DNA of 64,000 nt, taken from Amphiscolops sp. MND2022. Lineage: Eukaryota. Within the stretch, counting starts at the first letter, position 1. Every line of letters begins with the position of its first letter. The notes below the pieces were generated by a model. It had not been told where the DNA came from and made no database searches. It was given only the letters and a program-made list of their open reading frames with translations. Shown one piece after another: positions 1-11,442 of the stretch. The position numbers and the translations under genes were made by a program. The stretch is from NCBI GenBank assembly GCA_964187785.1, contig OZ076410.1, forward strand, positions 20,274,001-20,338,000. Reading direction: 5' to 3'.

Positions 1-3000
1 CTGTATCAGAAAAGATCCAGAAACTGTTCGACAGTCGTCTAAAGGCTGAAACAGAATTGAAAAAAAATCAAACCGAGATCATTGACGCCGTGAACAACTC
101 CGAACGTCGTGTCAGCGTGGAATGATTATTAACGTTATGTGATGAATAAATGACCAAAGCATTTTCGAAAAATGAACAACATTTGGAACTTGCGAAAAAG
201 ACCAACGACCCGGCATCAACATCTGCCGATCTGGAGAAGTGATTACATGAGACAACTGTGAACAATGACGAAATTCTGAAAAGGGCTAGAGAATACATCG
301 ACGAACAACCTCAGTCAGAAAAACTATCACAAAACTCTCAAAAAATAACCACTGTCAGGACTAAATCCAGCAAGGCATCCAGCTCTAAGTGGTCAAAGAC
401 GTCGAGTCAGCGGCAACGTGACCTGATCATTGCCCAACAACGTCGAGTGGAGATCGAAAAACAGAATGAAGCATCTCTACGTTTGGCAAAACAGAAACAA
501 GAGCTAGAGCTTGAAAGAAAAGAACTAGAAATAGCAAAAATGAGAGAACAACAAGAACAACTGCGAAAACATCAGGAAGGACTTCGCAAAGAACAAGAGT
601 TGAGAGTACTGAAACTAGAAGAAGAAAATAGAAAGCGACTCGGCGAAACTACTTTGGCCGAATTGGAGCTCCGAGAGGTTCTGTCAGACCTCCACGTTGA
701 CTTCCACGACACTTTGTCACGATTAAGTGCCGCAAGTCACAAGGCTGAGACAGAACGAATCAACGAGTGGAATAACAATTCTTCACCAAATGTAGTCGAA
801 AAGAACATTCAGTCTACCAGTGAAGCCCCAGTAACTTCAGCCCCAAATGAAACACTAAATACCTACACCCTAGTTCCTCCCCCGCAAACTGTAGCGAACC
901 AAGCGATCGCGGAGGCAGTCATGATAACAACCGGAAATACAGGTGGCCTGATACTAAATGCTAGTGTTCCACAGACACTTCCAAGTACTCTACCCGTACC
1001 AATTGCCCTGCAAGTCGCACCTCCAACTAGTTCTCCGACCGGAGTTCCCACGGTATCGGTACCTTCTCTCATCGTACCCATGACGAGTTCAACTACATCA
1101 ACCCGAATCATCAACACTCCGAACCAGGCAGCCCCGCAGCAACCGTCCGTACTGTTCAACCCAACAACGTCAGTACCTGTCAGTCACATACTTCCTAACT
1201 TGTCCGCATGAACATTTCCGACAGTAACAACCAACCCTCCCACGCAACTCAGAACACTTTTACAAACGAGCCAACCGACGATTACCACCACAACGGAAAC
1301 AGCAGTTGGAAGCACCCCAGTAACCACGATGCCCGTAATGCCTGTAACTCATGGAGGGACAGTCTTTTACGTACCACCGTCAGCGGTTACAGTTCCGGCC
1401 CCAATTCCGACAAATGATCAGCCGTCGTCATCATTCCCTAGTGCAACGGCAGCACCATTTATACTATCAGGATCGAGTGCGGTACTGCAACCAAACCCTA
1501 CTCACTTCAGTCTTCAAGACGTTGCGCATCTACTAGCTTCAACAAAGAAAGACCACCTACCAGAGTGGAAATTGTCTGAATACAATGGGGACCCGATTCA
1601 TTGGCACGAATGGTTCGGACAATTCAAGAGCGCTATTGACATAGCTCCACTCAGAGATGATGACAAGCTGACTTATCTGAAAACTCTGGTAACTGGAAAG
1701 GCCAAAGTTGCAATTGCAGAATTCCCCTACTGCGGAGCTATGTACAAGCACGGCCTCAAGACCCTTGAGCAGAAGTTTGGCCAATCACAGGCAGTAGTAA
1801 CTGCTTACTTGGACAAACTAGCTAACGTTCCACCAGTGAAAATGCATAACAGCGAAAGCATCATAAGCTACTCCGCAAGAGTTAGCTCTTTGGTTGGGGT
1901 ATTCCGTTCGCCTAATGATGTCCAAGACATATTTTGCGCATCTTTACTGGGTCAAGCAGTGCAGAAGCTTCCGCCGAATATGAAAGAAGCATGGTCAATC
2001 CATCCTGTAAAGCGCAGCCTAGACCGACCGACATTGATTGATTTCAATGATTGGGTGAAAGATAAAGCCGAAGCCCACGAACGTATGAAAACCGCTTCAG
2101 GCAAAGTCAAAGGCGACGAAAATGTTTCAAACACCGCAACTAAGTCGAAAACAACTTCCAAAGTGTTTGCTGCAACGACCTCAACGAACCAAGTGCAATC
2201 TAAACTCGAAAACGTACCGACAAATTGTGTAGCTTGCAAAAAGAAATACCCTCTGTCGAGATGCCCCGTGTTCATCAAGAGAAATCAAAACTAGTTGCCG
2301 ACAACAAGCTCTGCTTCTCTTGTTTTCGAGCTAATCATTCATTCAGGCAGTGCCCCCAGCCTCGCAAATACACTAAAGAAGATTGTGAAAGCTCCCATAA
2401 CACATTTCTCCACGGTGCCGAGCGACGTTTTCCAAAAAATTTGAAACGCCGAATAGAAAACATCCTGAAACTTCGACCTGTTTTGGAGCGACAAAGATGA
2501 ACAACCAAGTCGCAGAGAGCTCAGGCATACCTTCAGTTGTAGATGTTAAAGGACTCCTGTAAATAACAGAAGTAGAATTACACTCCAACGAACAATCAGA
2601 AAGGTCCTTAGCACTCTGTGATTCCGCCTGCAGCCACTCTTGGATTTCATCAAGGTAACTGACAAGCTGAATGCAAAGGGCACACCGACGAAGCTGACAG
2701 TGCATGGCATCAACTGCCATCAAGTTGTAAACACTCAAATGGTGGAGCTCAAGTTGACACCGGTTCATTCGGGTAGCTCTAGCTCCTCCTTTGCAATCAA
2801 ACCATATGTGAGAGACGATCTTCAAGTTGGAACCGATGTTACAGACGTAGAATCACTGAAAACAATGTACCCCCATTTGAAACCATTTCTTTTGACGAAG
2901 TACAGCTATGCTGATGTTGACATGATCCTGGGTCAGGACGTGTTCCACTTTATCCGCCCACTGGAGTATTTCGACTCCGACCATAAAAATACTCCAGTCG

Positions 3001-6000
3001 CCGTCCGTTTTTCGTTGGGCTGGGTATTAAGTGGACCGCTACCGTCGACTTGAGGGTTGTTTTCAACATGTTTCAAAGCTGTTACAACAATCAAAAACAC
3101 TGATTCTGAACTAGCCGAACAACTCCGCAGCTGGTATAACATAGAACCATACTGAGCTTCCAAGCAAGTAGACTACTGTTCCGCAGCCGATGCGAGGGCT
3201 GAGAAAATACTTGAGGTAACCACATACCATGACGGATCCCGATACCAAGTTGGTATGTTGTGGGCAGAAGACGAAAGTAATTTGCTGAATAATTACTTCC
3301 CAGCCCTTGTTCAACTGAAATGCCTCAAACGCCGTCTTGGGAAAGACGCGGAGTTGAAAGAACGTTACACTCAGATCATCAAAGATGACGTTTTGAAAGG
3401 ATACATTGTTGAAGTGGACAATCTGACTGTTTCAAGACGAACAAGGCTCGCGAGTGGTTTTTACCGCACCACCCAGTAGTCCATCCACATAAACTGGGTA
3501 AAGTTCCACGTGTGTTGAACAGCGTCGCCAAGTTTCATGGCCAGTCCCTGACTAACGCACTTTTGACCGGACCGGACTTACTACAAAGCCTTTTTCATAT
3601 CCTATTCCGATTTCGACAATATCCACATGCCGTGTCCGCCGACATTGAGGGAATGTTACTCCAAGTTGGAGTAATTCCAGAAGACAGACAGTCACTTCGA
3701 TTCTTGTGGCGTGAAGGCCCAGCCTCTGAAATTGCTGTTTACTAAAATGTTCGACATATACTCGGGTCTAGAGACTCGCCAAAATGTGCGAATTACGCCT
3801 TGAGGCGGACAGCAACAGACAACAAAGCAACGTTTCCCGAAGCCGGCAGAAGTGTCCTAGCAATTTTTACATGGACGACTACCTGAAATTGAGTTTAACT
3901 GTTGAAGAGGCGACCCTGAAAGCCAAAGATTTAGTGACATTACATTTGCTCGGAAGTTTCAAGTTAACAAAGTTTGTTTCAAACGTTCCGTCGATCGCAG
4001 CAAAGCTCGAACCCGGCTCCAACGCGCCAACAAAGGTAAAGGAAATTCCAAATACCGGAGGTTCTTCACACGTGTTAGGACTGAAGTGGAACCATTCCAC
4101 TGACACCCTAGTTGTCAGCCGAGGAACCAAACCCGATGTGAAGCCGAACGTGACCCAAAAGGTTGTACTAAGTTTGGTATCCGCAGTGTACGACCCCATT
4201 GCTCTTGTCACCCTTTACACGGTAAAAGCCCGACTACTGCTCAAGGACATCTGGCGATTCAATGGTCAGCAATGGGATGACGAGCTACCACTGGAGTGAA
4301 GAACTTCCAAACCTGAGTGACATCACCATTCCTCGAGCATACTTCGTCGGAGAGTTTGAAGCACTGGAGTTACATTTGTTCGGCGACAACTCACAGGAGG
4401 TGTTCAGCGCGGCAGCGTTTCTCCGAGCAAAAATCACAGCTAAAGATAGTGGGTCAACAGCGGAATTAGCCTTTGTCTTTGGAAAAGCCAGAGTAGCACC
4501 CATGAAAGCCTTGACAATTCCGAAGCTTGAACTTCAAGCATCATTACTCGCCTCAAGGCTAAGAAACGAAGTTCAATGTGCACTGACTATGAAGATAGAC
4601 AAAGTTTTCATGTGGACAGATATCACCACGGTTCTACAATGGATTCACTCAATGGAAAAGCAACGAGTCTTTGTAGCCAACCGGGTTGCGGAGATACTAG
4701 AGGTCACAACAACCGACGAGTGGAACTACGTTCAATCTTGTGAGAATGCCGCTGATGCAGGCACTCGAGGACTCTCAGCGACGGTGTTACCAAACAGCAT
4801 CTGGCTTAAAGGACCAGATTTCTTAAAAACATCTGACTGGCTTTTTAGGCCGTCGGAACAGTCATAGTTCAAAGTTAAACAACGGAATGACACTTCTAGC
4901 GACGAAAAGCCATCTTTTTGAGACGAGACGGTTCTCAACGCCAACGCAGGCATTAACACATCAACTTTCGAGTGGCAGAAGTACAGCTCTTACGGGAAAC
5001 TTCTGCATGTCACCGCCTACATCTTGCGCCTCCTACCAAAGAACGAGGCATACCGCTCCATTATCGGTGCCATTACCAACCCGAGTGAGGTCGAAGATGC
5101 CCAAATCAAATTATTCTATATTACGCAATCCGAGTCCTCTCAGTAGTTCTTCAAAAATTCTACAGTTTTCCCCTTTCATCGGACGCCAAGGCTTACTTCG
5201 GGCAACAGGTAGAACGAAGAAACTCGATGTACGTTCTACGTTTCCGTTAAGAGGTCGACAGAAAAACGATGGTGATTCCTGTTTACTTGCTTGACTACGA
5301 GAGCTGTCCACTTCGAAGTCGTGCCGTCAATGGACACTAGCAGCTGTGTAATGGGAACATAAAGGTTTATCGCCCGCCGGGGTATCCCATCAGTTTTATG
5401 GTCAGACAACGGAACGAATTACATTGCCAGTGGAAAAGAACTCTTCCAGGACATTTCGAATTGGAATCAGCAACTTTTGACTGAGGCCCTCGTCAAGAAA
5501 CGTATCTCGTGGAAGTTTAACCCACCTAGTGCGCCACACCATGGTGGTGTTTGGGAACGCGTCGTCAGGATTTTCAAACACGTTTTTTACGCTGTTCTTT
5601 GAAATCGACGCTTAATCGACGAGATCCTTATTACAACATTTTGCCTTGTGGAGCAAAGTTTGAATGCACGACCACTGGTACCAGCCAGCTTTGATGCTAC
5701 CAATTTGGCGCTCTGACCCCAAATCATTTCTTGTTGGGAACCGCGGGTTCCGTCTTACCGTCGCATCAGCGAGCCGAAACAGACCATCGCAAGCGGTACG
5801 TACGTATCGCAAGCGGTACGTACGCACAAGCTTATTCTGATGCTATCTGGAATCGATGGTTGAAAGAATAACTCCCTCACTTAACAAGCGTTCTAAAAGA
5901 CCAAGTCAACCGGGGAGACAACTTAAAACCGGAGACTTAGTTTGGATAATCGAACCGTCGAGTCCAAGAGGACAATATCTACTAGCTCGCGTGACAAAGT

Positions 6001-6120
6001 TGAACTTCGACAGCGATGCCATCGCACGTTCTGCCGAACTGAAGGCCACTACCGGACGCCTCGTTCGCCCCGTTGAAAACTGTCCCCAGTCCTTCCCTTT
6101 CCCAAAGCTGAACCTTTTTA
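1..6120 (+). pseudogene. BEL/Pao gag-pol pseudogene with many stops and frameshifts and an internal integrase deletion
   Basis: The ORF track shows the polyprotein broken into more than 10 pieces across frames. Near 5225-5245 the sequence jumps from the KKLDV-like region straight to FYVSVKR, removing the integrase H2C2 zinc finger present in the intact copy. Confidence 0.93.
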
Positions 6121-6320
6121 GTTGTATCACCGAATATTTGATTCCGATGTCATGAAACAAAATTATTCTCAATATTAGTACGAGCATAGTACGAACATGT
6201 AAAACCTTATTCATACTCATCTCAACATTTAAACACAAAATCTATGTAATGCGCTCTCACAAGAAAACTCCTTTTTTTGAAAAAAAACAACTAGTTTCGC
6301 ATATTCTTGGGCCCGGAGGT

Positions 6321-6647
6321 TGTTGCATGCGCAATTATTTACAAATAAGATCAGATTAAAATCGCTCATTTTCAAGGCGCTATGGCCTTATGGTTATAGC
6401 ATTGGCTTACTAATCTAAAGGTTCGGGTTGAATCTCGTTAATATTTGGAAGTGTGCAAAAATTCATACAAAAAATTATATTTTGATTTTCAAACTTTGCT
6501 ATCTCGAAACTTTAAATATTGTTTATTAACATTTGTAAACAAGTTGTTCTTTTGTTCGATTCAAACATTTATTTCGAATGTGAAAATGATCACTACGGCC
6601 GATAATACATTGAGAAATAGAGTATTGATTCTTTTCCTGTTTTTCTA
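6321..6647 (+). repeat. 3' LTR of the degenerate BEL element (~327 bp, TG...TA)
   Basis: Starts TGTTGCA right after cttgggcccggaggt. Shares blocks such as tttgctatctcgaaacttta and atttgtaaacaa with the 342-bp LTRs of the intact element. The 3' end is placed by analogy (cctgtttttcta vs cagtttcttta). Confidence 0.75.
6376..6440 (+). other. tRNA-derived (tRNA-Arg TCT-like) cassette inside the BEL LTR; degenerate, not a functional tRNA
   Basis: GGCGCTATGGCCTTATGG...GCATTGGCTTACTAATCTAAAGGTTCGGGTTGAATCTCG resembles the eukaryotic tRNA-Arg(TCT) pattern GCATTGGACTTCTAAT..AAAGGTT.CGGGTTCGA. A box is recognisable; B box lacks one base. Confidence 0.6.
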
Positions 6648-7413
6648 CCAAAGAAACGAGATATAACCGTCGAAGGCTATATTGCTTTTAATTTGGAGAT
6701 TTCAGATGATCTTACGGTGACCTCTGAAGTAATCGCTACGTTTCGCGCTGTAAATGTTTTTCTTACTCCAGCTGCCCTACTTTTCGAGTTCTTGAGCGCA
6801 CAAGTGTGAAAAAATGGGGGTAGGTAATTGGGGGTCGTTTTTGAGGTTCAGTGAGAATCTTCGTTTTGCGCAGTTTGTTCGGTCACAGATAATATTTAGT
6901 CGGAAACTGGTCATTTTTCAAACTAAGGTGTTTTTCAAGAAGTTGTACAGAGTCATAAATATTGGGTGTTAGTTTTTCTGCAGCGCACCAGACACTTGTT
7001 AGGTGTTATGCAAGCAAATAATTTGGCTGTGTGACTAGTTAAAAGGAAAATCGCGTTGAATTATGTTTTTTTAGTGTTTGATCACATTACCATTCTTGGT
7101 TTCAAACACTAATAAAACATAATTCAACGAGCTGTGGTGCGTGCTTATCGTGCAGCAGTAAGGTCGTTACAAAACGTAGTTTAGGCTAAGAGAATCTTAG
7201 TGCTTTTTTCGCGAAAATCGACAAAAACGGCCATTTTTACCAGAATACACGTTCTAGAAAACTGAAAATCACTTTTATAAAAGCTAGCGACATGAAAAGT
7301 ACAACCATGTACTAATTTTGCCGGAGCGTGGCAACTGACCGCAGATTGCGTTATATTTGACTGTACGTTAAATGCGGTGGGTCAATAGTGTTGTTGGAAA
7401 ACAGTATCTTGTC

Positions 7414-7441
7414 AAATCCGCCTTGCGGGCTTCCTAACTAT
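7414..7441 (+). other. Short GC stem-loop (CCGC-CTT-GCGG) followed by CTTCCTAACTAT; possible Helitron/Helentron-like 3' end
   Basis: Hairpin seen directly. The assignment rests only on resemblance to subterminal hairpins of rolling-circle elements. Confidence 0.25.
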
Positions 7442-8714
7442 CTGAAATTTTGTATGCGATCGTAAATTTTACCCGCCAAGCCTAACAATACGACAGGAGT
7501 GTCCTCTCTGCAAGTTTTGGTGATCAAAAGTGACAAAGTTTTAATGTAACGTAAGTACCGTTTTTTTCCTGTGTAATTTTACAAAATATTCAGTTTTCAT
7601 TAGCTGTTGGTTAGCAGGCAGCTGATAGTGCACAAATGGATGGAAATTGGTACCGTAAATGTAAAAGTGCAAAAGTGCCGGGGTATCCCAACGATATCGC
7701 ACTATGCACAACAAAAATTGTGTTTTCTCGACATTTTTCCATGATTTTGTAGGAGCGTTGCAAGTAACTAGTCACGGTGACTAGTAACACTAGCGCAATG
7801 AAAATCAGATCACTTTGTTTTGACCTGCCATTGAGTTCTAATAATAGTTCCTTTAATAGTTCTTTTCTTGAAATGTCTACAAAACGACTAGTAAAAATCC
7901 CTCTTGCTTTTTCGCGTTAGTAACGTTACACATTGTAGCAACTGAAAACAATGATGCAAAACTTGACAGGTTCCGATACGCGTCTGTTGAAATTTTTTTA
8001 AAATTATTTCTTCTATAGTTCTCAAGTCAATCTGGATAGTGTGTGGATTACTAGCTAACTTTTGTTCATTACTTTTCAGACAATATTTGTTGTTTCACAT
8101 ATAGCAGTCCTTACGACTTATATACGGGACTGGTGTTGATTCTTCTATAAATTTGGTTATTAGATCACTCATGTCTATGGTGCTCTGACCTCAGGTCTAC
8201 GTATGTAAATAAAGAAAGTAATGTTGAAATTCTCATTTTATTTTGGGGGTGTCTATAAATTGCAGTGGCAGTAGTGTCACGTATTACTGAAAACAGGAAA
8301 AAAGCTCTTTTGAAAGCTCTGAATGAAATGCACAGGGCTTTGCTTTCACCCAATTCTGGTGTGGGAGTCGCAAAATCTCTTATTCTGGGAGTTTTTCAAC
8401 AGCTAAACTTTCGTTTTTGCAAGAAACATACCTCGTTAAATTGTTTTGTTCTTGGCTTGATCTATAGGAAATTGCTTGTAGCATTACTTTTAGCCGTAAC
8501 TTTTCTCAGAAAATTTTGCACTTTAAGGGGGACTGTTAATAGTTGGATTACTATTTGTTGATAATTTTTACCGGTTGATTGAAATATCCGTCTGGTAATT
8601 TTTCAGTTAGTACTATAGAGAGTAGCCGGGGGAATGACCTCTTGGGCTTGAAAACTATTAGGTGATTTGGGTACTCCTGGGGTTTTGAATCCAGTCAAAG
8701 GAAGCAATTGAGTA

Positions 8715-9545
8715 CCCTGGTCGAGAAAAAATGCGTTCCTTGCAAGGATCTTGCAAGATCCTTGTAAAAATGCAATTACTTGTAAGATCTTGCAAGGAAA
8801 TTTGTTCCTTGCAAGATCTTGCAAGGAAATGTTTTCCTTGAAAGATCTTGCAAGGAAATGTTTTCCTTGAAAGATCTTGCAAGGAAATTTTTTCCTTGAA
8901 AGATCTTGCAAGGAAATTTTTTCCTTGAAAGATCTTGCAAGGAAATGCTTTCCTTGCAAGATTCTTGAGTTCAATGTACTCCATACTGAGAAATTATGTT
9001 AACGTAGTCGTGATTTGAGAATAATGTCAAAAACGTTAATAACTAATATTTCAGAAGGGTAATTTAACAAATTGAAAAATATTTTCAATCGAAATATTAT
9101 GCACAGTCTAATTTCAAATCAATAACTGGTACATAACACAATTGGTTGGAAAAAATTTTCAGAATACTCTGAAACTATGTTTTAAATGTTGCGTCACTGA
9201 AATGTACTACTACTTTTCAAATAACTTCACTAAGATCACACTTTTAGAGATATTTTCTAGAGTTTGCATCTTTTTGGTGGTTGAATCCTCTAGTAAGTAA
9301 ACCCCGTTCTGTGACAGAATCTAATAGTCACGATGCATAGTCAACTTGAAGTCAAAAACAATGAATATAAAAAAATTGTCGAGAACCTTCCACGAAATTT
9401 TTCTCCTTGGAAGAATCTTGCAAGGAAATTTTTTTTCTTGCAAGATTCTTGCAAGATGTCTTGCAAAAAAATGCATTATCTTGCAAGACCTTGAAAGAAA
9501 ATCTTGCAAGATCCTTGCAAGGAACGCATTTTTTCTCGACCAGGG
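8715..9545. mobile_element. Non-autonomous foldback/MITE DNA transposon, TA TSD
   Basis: TA-CCCTGGTCGAGAAAAAATGCGTTCCTTGCAAGGATCTTGCAAGAT at 8713 and its exact reverse complement ending CGACCAGGG-TA at 9547. Both arms are rich in CTTGCAAG motifs. No coding capacity. Confidence 0.85.
8786..8960. repeat. ~6 tandem copies of a 29-bp self-palindromic unit (AAGATCTTGCAAGGAAATGTTTTCCTTGA) in the MITE left arm
   Basis: Read directly; explains the repetitive spurious ORFs 8603-8974 and 8658-8984. Confidence 0.9.
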
Positions 9546-9845
9546 TAGTGTCTGCAAAAAGCTCGTGAGCACATCAACACCTGTGGGGCCTTCACCGACC
9601 GTCCTGATTGTTCCAGTACATTAGTTAGTAGGTAAAGAAAAGGTTCTTGAAATATCCTGTTATGCTGGATAGCGAATTTTATCATAAATGAAAGTAGCCA
9701 AATCGGTACTCCGCAAAAACGCCTTTTTTTGCCGAAACTCGGAAATACGGAAAACTTAGCCATTCTTCTCTAAGGATCTTCGACAGATTTGAAAAAATAA
9801 TAATAACAATCTAGGTCTCTCCAAAACGACTTTATTGAATCCAGT

Positions 9846-10012
9846 CCTTAATGAGCAATAGTCCAAGAGTGAAACTAAGCTTTTGTATCTTAAAGAGAAG
9901 CATGCAGTACTCCAAATATCCGAAACTACTATTTTCGGATATTTGGAGTACTGCATGCTTCTCTTTAAATTACAAAAGCTTAGTTTCACTCTTGGACTAT
10001 TGCTCATTAAGG
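9846..10012. repeat. 167-bp near-perfect inverted repeat (hairpin/MITE), bounded by TTAA on both sides
   Basis: Arms of ~80 bp (CCTTAATGAGCAATAGTCC...TATCCGAAA / TTTCGGATA...GGACTATTGCTCATTAAGG), 7-nt loop, 2 mismatches. The same peptide is read on both strands in the ORF track. Confidence 0.9.
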
Positions 10013-10940
10013 CGCGTATATCAATGCGCGTAATGTGTGACAAGTGTAAAACTTCCAAAAAAATATTCGCGCTCTGATTGGACAAAAATCGAACTAGCAG
10101 GATCCTGCTAGTTCGTTACCGGGATGTGTATCGTAATGTACAGAAAAATAAACATACATGGTTGCCATTATTATTTTTTTTAAGATGTAAGTAACGTTCA
10201 GCAGACGGATGACGTGCTTTGGCTGGGAAAATGCTTAAGTAGCACAAACAGGAGACCATAGTCTACATACAAGCCTAAACACTAATGTTTGTTTTCAAAA
10301 ATACGGTTTTTTGGGACTTTTCTAACTCCAGGGAATGCTCTCATTCTAGAGTTCCGTGGCGACGTGCTGTCGAAACACGCCACACAAGAACGTAGGAATT
10401 GCATACCTTGGACTTCCCACATACTTCGGAGGGCTAAAAATGTCAATTAGCTGATATAATGTAATTAGCTGACAGGTAAAATTACAGGATCACTCATTCT
10501 GAAACACTTGAAAAAAGGACCATTTGTACAAGTACAGCTCTAAAAAGTTTAAATCGAAGCCTGCCTCACCAAGGCTTAATTTGTAGGATATTCGATAACG
10601 AATTTTGTACTTGCTGAAATTTAGGAGTTTTCAGGCAAAAACCGGCGATTTTGGCATTTCCGGGTGTTTCCTGTTGTGATGTTGCTGTACGGGAGACGTC
10701 TCTGCACGTTATCTGTCACGGTGCAGACGTTCTACAGGGTGTTCTGTCTAAGAGTCATGTGTTCTCTTTTGACCTTTTTCCGTCTTTGAGATTGATTTGG
10801 GTCAAATGGGTAGAATCCCTCCCAATGGGCCATTTTGTGTGCGGCATCACATCGAATTTCCGAAATTTATCTTTTGAATAGTTTGGAATATTTTTGGTCA
10901 CCCGGCTAGTGGACATTATATCTCACGTCCTATCGTTGTG

Positions 10941-11282
10941 TAAAGAAACTGTATATTCGAATCGGCTAATAATACAGTCCGTTTGCAAAGAGTTTTTTGA
11001 CCGCAGTATTAAAACATTCAAAGACATCAGTGAATAAATCAAAACAACTTGCAAAAGATCAATGTTGTTTACAAATATAATTAAACAAATTAAAGTTTCG
11101 AGATAGCAAATTATTTGAATGATATTTGAAAAATATATTTTACTATTTTCAGAAGTAGCAAATATTTGACGGTTTCGGGAATCGATCCGGTAACCTTCAA
11201 ATTCCGAGTCCCATACTCTACCGACCGTGCTACGGTCACTTAATTTTGTTTGTTTTAATTCAACCATATTTGCTTTGCAACA
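10941..11282 (-). repeat. 3' LTR of intact BEL element (TG...TA)
   Basis: Direct repeat of 19681-20022; differs at agatagc/agattgc and tacggtc/tacgttc. Confidence 0.97.
11167..11239 (-). other. tRNA-like cassette (tRNA-Lys-like pattern, Pol III A and B boxes) within the BEL LTR; second copy at 19907-19979
   Basis: GTGACCGTAGCACGGTCGGTAGAGTATGGGACTCGGAATTTGAAGGTTACCGGATCGATTCCCGAAACCGTCA: A box TAGCACGGTCGG, B box GGATCGATTCC, tRNA-length spacing. Stems are imperfect. Confidence 0.65.
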
Positions 11283-11294
11283 TCCTCCGGGCCC
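11283..11294 (-). promoter_or_regulatory. Polypurine tract-like plus-strand primer site (GGGCCCGGAGGA)
   Basis: Abuts the 3' LTR TG; conserved (GGGCCCGGAGGT) at 6309-6320 in the degenerate copy. Confidence 0.8.
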
Positions 11295-11442
11295 AAGAAG
11301 GTGTGAATGCAAAAAACTGAAAAAACTTTTTTACTATTTTTTTTTTCGGAAAACGGTTTACATGGAATTTTGATGTACATGTTACATTTTACTCATATTA
11401 GGCATGATTACAAGCAAGAACAAAATTGAAGAAGGTTGAAGA

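Larger units (their letters stand above)
1..6647 (+). mobile_element. Degenerate BEL/Pao LTR retrotransposon (5' LTR outside window)
   Basis: Fragmented ORFs 258-6155 are collinear with the intact 2127-aa BEL polyprotein at 11443-17826 (KKDHLPEWKL gag motif, Cys-His knuckles, FYMDDY RT, HLFGDNS RNase H, WSDNG integrase). They are followed by the same PPT-like GGGCCCGGAGG and a 3' LTR starting TGTTGCA at 6321. Confidence 0.95.

Noticed and set aside
8786-8960. CRISPR-like array of palindromic 29-bp repeats
   Set aside because: Units are contiguous with no unique spacers, lie inside a TA-flanked MITE, no cas genes are present, and the context is eukaryotic.
8603-9763. Repetitive ORFs (LQGKHFLARSFKE...) on both strands
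   Set aside because: Translation artefacts of the CTTGCAAG tandem/foldback repeat; no protein signal.
9756-10085. Identical peptide MSNSPRVKLSFC... on both strands
   Set aside because: A consequence of the 167-bp inverted repeat.
11167-11239. Functional tRNA gene call
   Set aside because: Acceptor, anticodon and T stems have several mismatches; treated as a tRNA-derived cassette.
10923-11312. 129-aa and 160-aa ORFs (also 19645-20127) with shared sequence
   Set aside because: Readthrough of the two BEL LTR copies; ends differ with flanks and composition is LTR-like.
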